Of a DNA stretch of 64,000 bases, positions 56,707 through 64,000 are shown piece after piece. The translations under genes were made by a program, and so were the position numbers. How positions within the stretch are numbered: position 1 is the stretch's first letter; every line of letters starts with the position of its first letter. The stretch comes from an uncultured Alphaproteobacteria bacterium (GTDB taxonomy: Bacteria; Pseudomonadota; Alphaproteobacteria; HIMB59; GCA-002718135): positions 4,733-68,732 of the forward strand of contig CACJZA010000007.1 of assembly GCA_902597795.1 (NCBI GenBank). The letters are read 5' to 3'. Under the pieces are notes generated by a model. That model made no database searches. It was not told where the DNA came from and saw only the letters and a list, made by a program, of their open reading frames with translations.

Positions 56707-57605
56707 GTCTTAATATTGATATCGATCTGTCTAGCCGCAAAACCATAGTAAACTACTGCTAGAGTTATTATAAAACCTCCAATTATTACAGTTGTACTTG
56801 GTACTTCATTAATTCCAAAAATAGGAAGCCATACCCAAAGAACTCCTCCAACAACTTCCATTAACGATAAAAGTGCAAGCTCAGCTGAGGGCAAATATTT
56901 TGCTCCAAGACTATAAAGTATCAAACCAGCTGCAACAATTAATCCATGAAGTATACTCAAATAACTATTTATTTGAGGCATCAGAATCAAAGGTTCAAAA
57001 GAGAAGCCTAAAATGAAGAACGCAAATATTGTACAAAATAGTCCAGCTAAAACAACTGTTGTGAATTTTGGCGTTTTAGGTTTCCATCTTATTGTTACCG
57101 TGTATAACGCAAAACCAGTTGCAGAAATAAATCCTATTATTGCACCTAAAGCAGTTCCAGAAATACTATCATTTATAATCATCACGCAAACACCTATAAA
57201 TGCTACAACCATGGCAATTAATGTTGATTTTTTTAATATTTCACCAAGAACAAAATAACCAACAATGGCTGCAATAAAAGGCATGGCTGCTAACATAAAT
57301 AATGTAACAGCAGCAGTAGTCATAGTAATAGAAAAAATAAAACCTGTAAAAGCTGTTGCTAGAAATAAACCTCCGAGTATGGATGGAATTCCTATTTTGA
57401 AAAAATTCTTATAAAAAGCAAAACCTTCACGAAAAAATAAATATATAAGAAGAATAAATGAAATTGTTAAACCTCTATAAAATAAATATTGAAAAACATA
57501 TTGATGGCCATCGACCATATATCTAACGGTTAACGCTCCAAAACTCCAAAAAATTCCAGCAAGAAAAACTACACAAAAAGCATATAAATAAGAATTTTGA
57601 CTCAT
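56703..57605 (-). CDS. DMT-superfamily (EamA-like) transporter
   Basis: 300 aa, about 10 TM helices. Its stop overlaps the convergent hemA stop. Confidence 0.8.
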   Translation of the reverse strand: MSQNSYLYAFCVVFLAGIFWSFGALTVRYMVDGHQYVFQYLFYRGLTISFILLIYLFFREGFAFYKNFFKIGIPSILGGLFLATAFTGFIFSITMTTAAVTLFMLAAMPFIAAIVGYFVLGEILKKSTLIAMVVAFIGVCVMIINDSISGTALGAIIGFISATGFALYTVTIRWKPKTPKFTTVVLAGLFCTIFAFFILGFSFEPLILMPQINSYLSILHGLIVAAGLILYSLGAKYLPSAELALLSLMEVVGGVLWVWLPIFGINEVPSTTVIIGGFIITLAVVYYGFAARQIDINIKT

Positions 57606-57779
57606 TATTTAATGGTCAAATCATTAAATTTAATAAAAGTAAATTAATATTTTAGTTATTTATTTGAATACCAGTTTCTTTACTTCCTGAGATCTTAAAA
57701 TTAACTTTATTATCATCATTTTTTTGAATTTCAGTCACAGATGACATTTTACAACTTGCAATAGAAAGTAGTAAAAAAA

Positions 57780-58283
57780 TTATTGGCAGCTGCCTATAGA
57801 TCCAAGAGCACATTTTTTACCATCTATCCAAATTGCATTTGATAAATTTGCTTCATCAAAAATTGCTCCTGAAATATTAGCTCCTAGTAAATTTGCTTCA
57901 TATAAATTTGCACCATTAAAAGTAGCTCCAAAGAGATTAGATCCTTCAAAGTTTACTCTAGCAAGGTTTGCATTATCAAAATTAGCATTATTGCAATTTG
58001 CACCTTGTAAGTTAGAAGCATATAAATTTGAATTACTAAAATTTGAGAAAATAAAATTACCAATTGATAAATTTGAGTTGTTAAGTTGAGATTTTTCCAA
58101 ATTAGATAGAGATAAATTAACTCCTGACATTTGAGAGTTAGCCAAACCAAAACCAGATAAATCTACATTTTCATTAAAATCACAATTGGTCCAATCCACT
58201 TCATTTGCTGGCTGGTCACTGCACGCAGCAAATACAGAGAAAGAGCTAAACAAACTAAATACAAATAAAATTAAAAATCTCAT
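57780..58283 (-). CDS. Secreted or lipid-anchored pentapeptide-repeat protein
   Basis: 167 aa with signal peptide MRFLILFVFSLFSSFSVFAAC followed by contiguous A(N/D)LxG-type pentapeptide repeats (ANLARVNFEGSNLFGATFNGANLYEANLLGANISGAIF). Confidence 0.85.
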   Translation of the reverse strand: MRFLILFVFSLFSSFSVFAACSDQPANEVDWTNCDFNENVDLSGFGLANSQMSGVNLSLSNLEKSQLNNSNLSIGNFIFSNFSNSNLYASNLQGANCNNANFDNANLARVNFEGSNLFGATFNGANLYEANLLGANISGAIFDEANLSNAIWIDGKKCALGSIGSCQ

Positions 58284-58324
58284 ATCGATTTTTTATGATC
58301 AGTTTATGTTAAATTTAAGGCAAA

Positions 58325-60091
58325 TTAGCGAGAAGTGAGTTTTAGTTCAATCCTTCTATTTTGCTGCAGGTCACTCTCAGTTTCTCCTTCACTAATAGGG
58401 TAAAACTCTCCATATCCAGCAGATGCTAATCTATTTGGTGGAAAACCAAGATCAAGAAGAAGCTTTAGAACTGTATTAGCTCTGGCTGAAGATAATTCCC
58501 AGTTTGATGGATATCTAATTGTCTGTATAGGTCTTTTGTCAGTGTGACCTTCTACCATAATAATCCAATCAATATCAGATGGGATATCATTAGTAGTCTC
58601 TTTTAAAGTAAGGCCAATTTCACTTAACTTTTCTTTACCAGATAGTTGTAAATCTGCTGACGCAGAATCAAATAATAGCTCTGATTCAAAAATAAATCTA
58701 TCTCCCACAATTTTAATGTCTTTTCTATCACCTAAAATAGATTGTAATTTTCCAAAAAACTCAGATCTATATTTTTGAAGCTCAAATACTTTAGATGTAA
58801 GAGCCTTGTTTAATTTTTCACCAAGTACTTCAATTTCTAAATCCTTAATTAAAGCCTGACTTTCACTCGCTTCTAAAGCACTATTAAGTAAAGCAATTTC
58901 TTTTTGTAAAGTATCAATTTGATTAGAGAGAATTTCTACCTGCTCTAATGTTTTTGAAGCTTGTATTTCCATTTTTTCAATTTCTTCAAGTGACGTTTCC
59001 TTTTGTGCTTGATTCTCTTCTTCTAATGAAACAATTTGATTTTGGAGGAGTTCAAGTTTTTCAAGTTGCTGTTTTTGTTTTTCTTCAGACAAAGATAGTA
59101 CATTATTTAATTCAGAAATTTTTCCACGAAGATTGAAAATAGTATTATCTTTCTGTAATAAATCTTTATTTAATCTTGCTAGTTCTTCATTTTTAAATCT
59201 AATTGCATCAAGTTGCTCATTAAGTGATGCATCTTTTAAGCCAAGACTATCGTTAATTTCTAAAAGATCATTCATTAATTGTTGATATTGAGATATTTGA
59301 TTTTGTAATTCTTCATCTCTTAAAGATAATTCAATATTTGTTTTCTCTAAATCGTTATTTAAACTTAGTAGTTCCTCATTTTTGTTTTTTATTGCCAATA
59401 ATTGATCTTCAATTCCTCCATCCTCTAAACCCAAACTTTCGTTAATTGCCATTAAATTATTATTCTTTTCATTTAATTCTGAAATTGTTGCTTTAAGAGA
59501 TTTCTCACTTTCCATTAGTTTAAAATTCGCATTATCTAATTCTTGATTAAGTATTTTAAGCTGATCAATCCTTGTTGCTAGCGCTTTATTAATCCTTTCA
59601 CCTAAACCTTCGGTTTCGAGTAAAGCAATTTCTTGTCCTTCATAAGTTTCTAGAGCATTTGCAACTATTCTTAACTCTTTTAAAAGACTGCTAATTTGCT
59701 CGGATAATGCAATAATATTTTGCTCTTGAACAAAAATTTCTGATCGTTTTTTTGCTACATCTGTTTGTAATTGTTCACTTAATAACCGTTCACTTTTTAA
59801 ATTTGATTGCGTATCTTCAAGTTGTTTCTCTGTTTCTGAGAGGGTTGAAAGAGCTTCTTCTTTGTCTTTAGTTTCAATAACTAATATTTTTGAAAGTTCA
59901 TTAATTTGTGATCTTAAATCTTGGAGTGCTTTATCTCTCCCTGATATGGCATCACTTAAGTATATCTGTGAAACTGTAAAGACCATTAATACAAAGATAA
60001 TTACAATTAATAATGTAGCTAAAACATCCACAAAACCTGGCCAGATATTTGTTGTATCAGCAAGTCTATTTCTTAAAGACCTAGTAGACAT
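58325..60091 (-). CDS. MotB/OmpA-family protein with a very long coiled-coil spacer
   Basis: 588 aa. N-terminal MotB/TolR-type TM segment with Asp (WPGFVDVLATLLIVIIFVL). Roughly residues 45-440 are heptad-like E/L/Q/N/K-rich sequence. C-terminal OmpA_C domain (VEGHTDKRP, NWELSSARANTV, NRRIELKL). Confidence 0.85.
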   Translation of the reverse strand: MSTRSLRNRLADTTNIWPGFVDVLATLLIVIIFVLMVFTVSQIYLSDAISGRDKALQDLRSQINELSKILVIETKDKEEALSTLSETEKQLEDTQSNLKSERLLSEQLQTDVAKKRSEIFVQEQNIIALSEQISSLLKELRIVANALETYEGQEIALLETEGLGERINKALATRIDQLKILNQELDNANFKLMESEKSLKATISELNEKNNNLMAINESLGLEDGGIEDQLLAIKNKNEELLSLNNDLEKTNIELSLRDEELQNQISQYQQLMNDLLEINDSLGLKDASLNEQLDAIRFKNEELARLNKDLLQKDNTIFNLRGKISELNNVLSLSEEKQKQQLEKLELLQNQIVSLEEENQAQKETSLEEIEKMEIQASKTLEQVEILSNQIDTLQKEIALLNSALEASESQALIKDLEIEVLGEKLNKALTSKVFELQKYRSEFFGKLQSILGDRKDIKIVGDRFIFESELLFDSASADLQLSGKEKLSEIGLTLKETTNDIPSDIDWIIMVEGHTDKRPIQTIRYPSNWELSSARANTVLKLLLDLGFPPNRLASAGYGEFYPISEGETESDLQQNRRIELKLTSR

Positions 60092-60093
60092 TA

Positions 60094-61119
60094 TTATTTT
60101 TTAATTTTCTTTAATTCTTTTTCAATATTCTGAAAATACTCTTTAATTTTTTTTGCTTCTAATATTCCATTTTTACTTAACGCTTCTGTTAAGTTCATAA
60201 GAGAAGATTGTGTATTTAGCTGAGAAGATAAAAAATTTGATAGTTGTTTATCAAGATTGGATGAGTTCGAATTTATTTTATTAAGTGTTTCATTAAATTT
60301 ATCTAAATTTTTTGAGATTTTAGTTTGATTTTCAGATGATTTTTTAAAAGTATTTAAAAGATTTTCTAAGTTATCATAAATTTTTTGAATTGCTTCACCA
60401 GTTGGCTTATCTTCAACTTTAGAAAAATCAGGCGATGAATTAGAATTAAGTATTTTCTCAAAGTATTGACTAAATTTATTTTGCGCTTGACCAAGATTTA
60501 GATCAAGTAATCCTAAAATTAAAGAACCTGCTAAACCTAACAATGAACTACTAAATGCAATGCTCATTCCTTCTAGTGGAGCGTTTAAACCATCTTTAAG
60601 AGAATTAAAAAAACCTGCAACATTAGTATCATCTATATCTAAGCCACTAATAACATTGCCGACAGATCCAATGGTTTGAAGAAGTCCCCAGAAAGTTCCA
60701 AGGAGTCCTAAAAAAACTAGCAAACCTACCAGGTAACGAGAAGTTTCTCTTATGCTTATCAAAGTCATATCAGAATTCTCTATCAATCTATTTATTGATG
60801 AACTTTTAAAAACAAATTTTCCATCAATATTTTTTAATTCAAGAGAAATATTTTTGTCCTGACCTCTTAAATTTGAAAATGCTTCTAGGGAATTAATAAT
60901 GTTGAAGTTGGAATAAGATATATATTTATAATTTAAATAAATGAGATGGAATAAATTAAATAGGATTCCAATTAACAAAGCTAATAAAATTATAATGTTA
61001 ATAAAAATATTTGATAAAAAAGCATTTTGTAAAACTGGATATAATAAAACTACAATAACAAAAACAGCAACTAAAAATATAGAAGCTCTAATTAAATAAT
61101 TATTTAATGATTGTGCCAT
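60094..61119 (-). CDS. MotA/TolQ/ExbB-family proton-channel protein with a helical C-terminal tail
   Basis: 341 aa with four TM segments, the channel signature FLGLLGTFWGLLQTIG and the following helix MSIAFSSSLLGLAGSLILGLL. About 125 aa of hydrophilic helical tail. Its stop is 2 nt from the MotB-like start. Confidence 0.8.
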   Translation of the reverse strand: MAQSLNNYLIRASIFLVAVFVIVVLLYPVLQNAFLSNIFINIIILLALLIGILFNLFHLIYLNYKYISYSNFNIINSLEAFSNLRGQDKNISLELKNIDGKFVFKSSSINRLIENSDMTLISIRETSRYLVGLLVFLGLLGTFWGLLQTIGSVGNVISGLDIDDTNVAGFFNSLKDGLNAPLEGMSIAFSSSLLGLAGSLILGLLDLNLGQAQNKFSQYFEKILNSNSSPDFSKVEDKPTGEAIQKIYDNLENLLNTFKKSSENQTKISKNLDKFNETLNKINSNSSNLDKQLSNFLSSQLNTQSSLMNLTEALSKNGILEAKKIKEYFQNIEKELKKIKK

Positions 61120-61168
61120 AATAGAGGATTATATCACCTGCATTGGAAATTCAATAAATATAAAGAGC

Positions 61169-62353
61169 TTAATTGTAGATATAATTTCTCGTAAGAGGCA
61201 AATTGTCAATATTCTTTGCTATTTGTATTTGAAAAACAACATTACCCATATTGACAAAGGAATACTTACTTGCCAAAAGATAAAACTCCCACATTCTAAA
61301 GAAACGTTGATCAAACATCTTTATAATTTTATCCTTATTTTCCATAACATTTTGATACCATTTAGAAAGTGTGTGAGCATAATGTAGTCTAAGTACTTCA
61401 ACATCAGTAACATTTATATTTAGTTTTTGTGTTTCATTCATTACTTCAGATAATGATGGAATATAACCACCAGGAAAAATGTATTTTCTTATCCAAGGAC
61501 TTGTAGCTGTTGGTTTGCCTCTTTGACCAATTGTATGTAAAAGAAAAACACCATTTTCTTTTAGAATATCATTAGCTTTACTTAAATAAGTTTTAAAATA
61601 TTTTACACCAACATGCTCAAACATTCCAACTGATACTATACGGTCATATTTTTCAATCTCATTTCTATAATCTTGTAATGCAAAAGAGACTTTGTCAGTC
61701 AAACCCTCTTTTTGTGCTCTTTCAGAAGCAGTCTTAAATTGATTTTCTGAAAGTGTAATTCCCTTTACTTTAGCTCCAGTAGATTTTGCTATTTCAATTG
61801 CCATTCCGCCCCAACCACATCCAATATCAAGTACATTCATATTTTCTGTAATTTGTAGTTTTCTAATTATATGTTGTTTTTTATCTTTCTGCGCTTGATC
61901 TAAACTCATATTGGGATTGTGAAAATATGCGCAAGAATATTGCATATCCTGATCGAGAAATAGCTTATATAAATCTTCATTTATATCGTAATGGTGTGCT
62001 ACATTTTTTTTTGAATTTACAAGCTGATTAATTTGCTGAAGTGGCATAAAAATAGAAGATAAATACTCATAAAATTTATAAAACTTATTATTAGAAATAA
62101 AGTCGTCGTAACAATTAGTTATTAAATTAAGAAAATCTTCTATAGTGCCTTTTTCAATAACTAACTCCTCATTCATATATGCTTCACCTATATGAAGATT
62201 AGGATTTAAAAATAGCTTTCTTTCAATAGATTTGTTTTTTAATCTTATACAAACGTGAGGATTTGAATTTCCAAATTTATAAATTTTATCATTAGAGTCT
62301 ATTATTTCTAATGTTCCATCAAAGTTAAGTTTTTTCAGTACACTGAATAACAT
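61169..62353 (-). CDS. Cyclopropane-fatty-acyl-phospholipid synthase-family SAM-dependent methyltransferase
   Basis: 394 aa with SAM motif VLDIGCGWGG and CMAS-family C-terminal region (FRMWEFYL). Confidence 0.85.
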   Translation of the reverse strand: MLFSVLKKLNFDGTLEIIDSNDKIYKFGNSNPHVCIRLKNKSIERKLFLNPNLHIGEAYMNEELVIEKGTIEDFLNLITNCYDDFISNNKFYKFYEYLSSIFMPLQQINQLVNSKKNVAHHYDINEDLYKLFLDQDMQYSCAYFHNPNMSLDQAQKDKKQHIIRKLQITENMNVLDIGCGWGGMAIEIAKSTGAKVKGITLSENQFKTASERAQKEGLTDKVSFALQDYRNEIEKYDRIVSVGMFEHVGVKYFKTYLSKANDILKENGVFLLHTIGQRGKPTATSPWIRKYIFPGGYIPSLSEVMNETQKLNINVTDVEVLRLHYAHTLSKWYQNVMENKDKIIKMFDQRFFRMWEFYLLASKYSFVNMGNVVFQIQIAKNIDNLPLTRNYIYN

Positions 62354-62440
62354 GGTTTTATTATTTTAAGAAAAACATCTCTTATGTCAATAACTCTAAA
62401 TTATTAACATTTAATGAGAAAATAATTTTTAGAGATTGAC

Positions 62441-62665
62441 TTAAGCAGCGATGCGACGATTTTTTTGAGCTTCTTTTTCTTTTTTAAGCTCTTTTTCGTC
62501 AATATACGCAATATCACAGTGGCTCTGACAGTAAGGCTTTCCAGCAACGGTATCAGCTTCACAAAAATGAAAATCTTTCTCTTGTGGATCTCCAATTGGC
62601 CATTGGCAACTTGAGAAACTGTGCATCACACTGTTTTGTTTGAAATAATTTTTTAATATAGACAT
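62441..62665 (-). CDS. Small protein carrying only a GcrA-type C-terminal motif
   Basis: CQWPIGDPQEKDFHFCEADTVAGKPYCQSHCDIAY matches the conserved C-terminal motif of alphaproteobacterial GcrA as I recall it (C-x-WP-x-GDP...F-x-FCG...G-x-PYC..H). No GcrA N-terminal DNA-binding domain is present. Start uncertain: track 62722, internal ATGs at 62665 and 62626. Confidence 0.6.
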   Translation of the reverse strand: MSILKNYFKQNSVMHSFSSCQWPIGDPQEKDFHFCEADTVAGKPYCQSHCDIAYIDEKELKKEKEAQKNRRIAA

Positions 62666-62819
62666 AATGATTTTATTAATTTCGAGGTAGTTTATATTTA
62701 TGAAAAAACCAGTATTCAACATTAAAAATAAAAAAGTTGTTAATTATCAATATGTTAGTACTTTAATCTTTTTGACCTACTATATGTTGATACAAAATTA
62801 ATAACAAAAACGAATCGGT

Positions 62820-63002
62820 TTACCGAAAAAATAAAATTATAAACAATAGTGCCAAAAAAAACAGATAGGATTTGATTACAAAACTTTTAGTTAATTTAGA
62901 TTTAGGAGGTTTTCTCAAATATATAAAAAAAACAATAGTACTCCAAAATAATAAAAGTATTAACCAGCCTGTTAAAAAAGCGTAATAAAAATCTACAGAC
63001 AT
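62820..63002 (-). CDS. Hypothetical small two-TM membrane protein
   Basis: 60-aa ORF beginning 20 nt after the msrA stop, with two hydrophobic helices separated by a basic loop (RKPPKSKLTKS). It could be a chance ORF in AT-rich DNA. Confidence 0.35.
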   Translation of the reverse strand: MSVDFYYAFLTGWLILLLFWSTIVFFIYLRKPPKSKLTKSFVIKSYLFFLALLFIILFFR

Positions 63003-63022
63003 TGGTTACTTAAAGAATTAAT

Positions 63023-63484
63023 CTAAATAGTGCAGTGTAAACCTGTTTTTTGGATATATTTTTGATGATATTCTTCAGCTTTATAGAACTCCTTAGCCTC
63101 TGATATTTCGGTAACAATATTTAATCCTGCACTTTTTGCGTATTCATTTTTAGAATGAATAGATTTATTTTTTTGATCTTCGTTATAATAATATATCGCT
63201 GACCTATATTGTGTTCCAATATCGGGACCTTGTCTATTTAAAGTGGTAGGGTCATGACACTTCCAGAAAACCATCAAAAGATCTTCATAAGATATTTTAG
63301 AATTATCAAATTCAACTAAAACAACCTCTGTATGATTTGTATTTCCTTGGCAAACACTTTCATAAGAAGGGTTAATAGTATCACCTCCAGAATAACCAAC
63401 TAAGGTATTTATTACACCTGGAGTTTTAGAAAATGTTTCTTCCACACCCCAGAAACAACCTGCACCAAATAAAGCTTTTTCCAT
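63023..63484 (-). CDS. msrA: Peptide-methionine (S)-S-oxide reductase
   Basis: GAGCFWGVE active site right after the M at 63484 (MEKALFGAGCFWG). The track start at 63607 adds 41 residues that overlap the divergent nudix gene start. Confidence 0.9.
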   Translation of the reverse strand: MEKALFGAGCFWGVEETFSKTPGVINTLVGYSGGDTINPSYESVCQGNTNHTEVVLVEFDNSKISYEDLLMVFWKCHDPTTLNRQGPDIGTQYRSAIYYYNEDQKNKSIHSKNEYAKSAGLNIVTEISEAKEFYKAEEYHQKYIQKTGLHCTI

Positions 63485-63524
63485 AGTTATAAATATATAT
63501 GTAATATAAAATATATCAATTTTT

Positions 63525-64000
63525 ATGAGTCCAAAATTTAAAATTATAGATAAAAAGAATATCCACGATGGTTTCTTTAAGATGAATGAAGTTACTCTTA
63601 AATACAAAAAATATGATGGAAATTGGAGTAATGAAATAAAAAGAGAATTATTTGGTGGTGCACAAGTATCTGCAGTCTTACCATATGACCCTTTAAATAA
63701 AAAAATTGTTTTAATTCAACAGTTCAGACCAGGGACGATTTCTAAGGATAATGAAAATTATCTAGATGAAATAGTTGCTGGAATAATTGATCATGGTGAA
63801 ACTCCAGAAGATACCGCCAAGAGAGAATGCTTGGAAGAAACTGGATGTGAAGTGAGCAATCTTACTTCTATACAAGGTTACTTTCCTGCACCAGGATCGT
63901 CCGAGTCTTTTTATCATCTTTTTTTAGGCAAGGTAATTGCTCCAAGTAAAGAAATAATAAGAGGTCTAGAGAATGAAAATGAGGATATATTAGTTAAAAG
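63525..64000 (+). CDS. ADP-ribose pyrophosphatase-like Nudix hydrolase (partial, runs off the window)
   Basis: My translation from ATG 63525 is MSPKFKIIDKKNIHDGFFKMNEVTLKYKKYDG...AVLPYDP...VLIQQFRPG, with Nudix box GIIDHGETPEDTAKRECLEETG. Absent from the ORF track because there is no in-window stop. Confidence 0.8.
   Translation, partial: MSPKFKIIDKKNIHDGFFKMNEVTLKYKKYDGNWSNEIKRELFGGAQVSAVLPYDPLNKKIVLIQQFRPGTISKDNENYLDEIVAGIIDHGETPEDTAKRECLEETGCEVSNLTSIQGYFPAPGSSESFYHLFLGKVIAPSKEIIRGLENENEDILVK

Noticed and set aside
57652-57747. 31-codon minus-strand ORF (MSSVTEIQKNDDNKVNFKISGSKETGIQINN) in the 174-bp spacer between the pentapeptide-repeat and EamA genes.
   Set aside because: It has no SD and no recognisable motif, and ORFs of this size arise easily by chance. 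It would need conservation or ribosome-profiling support.
58325-61119. Identification of the MotA-like/MotB-like pair as a Zorya anti-phage system.
   Set aside because: In Zorya, as I understand it, the long coiled coil belongs to the MotA-like ZorA and is cytoplasmic, and ZorC/ZorD or ZorE effectors are adjacent. Here the long coil is on the OmpA-domain subunit, and the neighbours are a pentapeptide-repeat protein and a methyltransferase. Only the general stator-like theme is shared.
1046-62595. Many 60-165-aa ORFs in the supplied track lie antisense to or overlap longer genes. Examples: 1046..1381, 3862..4356, 6081..6281, 6286..6483, 8750..8989, 9052..9318, 15450..15683, 16995..17282, 18010..18279, 19547..19741, 20181..20393, 20500..20724, 21588..21884, 24684..24893, 27027..27305, 27827..28009, 28982..29167, 30618..30848, 31412..31699, 32184..32507, 32695..32880, 35540..35728, 35741..36169, 36655..36864, 41865..42065, 42360..42572, 49762..49956, 51931..52119, 54478..54744, 55625..55822, 56333..56563, 57013..57258, 57953..58150, 58948..59136, 59862..60104, 62404..62595.
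   Set aside because: Each is fully embedded in, or mostly overlaps, a longer ORF with clear family motifs on the other strand or in another frame. Their translations are low-complexity or hydrophobic, as expected from reading AT-rich coding DNA out of frame.
63485-63607. Long N-terminal extension of msrA (track start 63607).
   Set aside because: The extension is hydrophobic and low-complexity and overlaps the divergent Nudix gene start (63525). MsrA homology begins at the internal Met directly before GAGCFWG.
1-64000. A search for rRNA, tRNA, CRISPR arrays, riboswitch-sized leaders and IS elements.
   Set aside because: Intergenic spacers are all about 174 bp or shorter and AT-rich, with no tRNA-like GC-rich cloverleaf segments and no regularly spaced repeats. 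None of the ORFs resembles a transposase, integrase or Cas protein. This was an inspection by eye, not a covariance-model scan.

Overview
The window is very AT-rich and tightly packed. Many neighbouring genes share ATGA or TAATG start/stop overlaps, four convergent pairs have overlapping stop codons, and intergenic spacers are mostly under 170 bp. I saw no rRNA, tRNA, CRISPR array, transposase or integrase. The gene content includes 5-aminolevulinate synthase (the alphaproteobacterial route to heme), a GcrA-type motif, and many family-5 substrate-binding proteins. Together with the streamlining, this suggests a SAR11/Pelagibacterales-like alphaproteobacterium, which is inference only.

Layout:
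- 1-3.8 kb holds small housekeeping genes: an M20 peptidase, a LysE exporter, yajQ, rmuC and a YqaA-like membrane protein.
- 3.8-49.2 kb is a large island for uptake and hydrolysis of peptide-like or N-substituted compounds. It has three complete Dpp/Opp-type ABC systems plus one system split into two loci. It also has about 13 hydrolases (M20, M24, M32, amidohydrolase, cyclic amidohydrolase, carbamoylase-like, PuuE-like, AstE-like), 2 aminotransferases, 2 VOC proteins, 3 SDRs, 3 Gfo/Idh/MocA oxidoreductases, an Ldh2-family dehydrogenase, a DegT aminotransferase and one LysR regulator.
- 49.4-56.7 kb holds nth and a compact heme biosynthesis supercluster: hemJ-hemF-hemH-hemE-hemC(+HemD-like extension), divergent from cytochrome b561 and hemA (ALAS).
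- 56.7-64 kb holds envelope and miscellaneous genes.

Most interesting observations:
- A MotA/ExbB-like plus MotB/OmpA-like pair in which the B subunit carries a ~400-residue coiled coil, followed by a secreted pentapeptide-repeat protein (57780-61119).
- Two tandem paralogues of unknown function that lead a 12-gene operon (16950-30008).
- A perfect 164-bp direct repeat at the 3' ends of two ABC ATPase genes, bracketing an 11,284-bp gene module.
- A 22-nt motif shared between the LysR divergent promoter and the promoter of the unknown-paralogue operon.
- GC-rich hairpins plus strong Shine-Dalgarno sites specifically around the SBP genes.
- An epimerase gene whose Rossmann motif lies upstream of any canonical start codon.
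- A stand-alone GcrA C-terminal-domain ORF.
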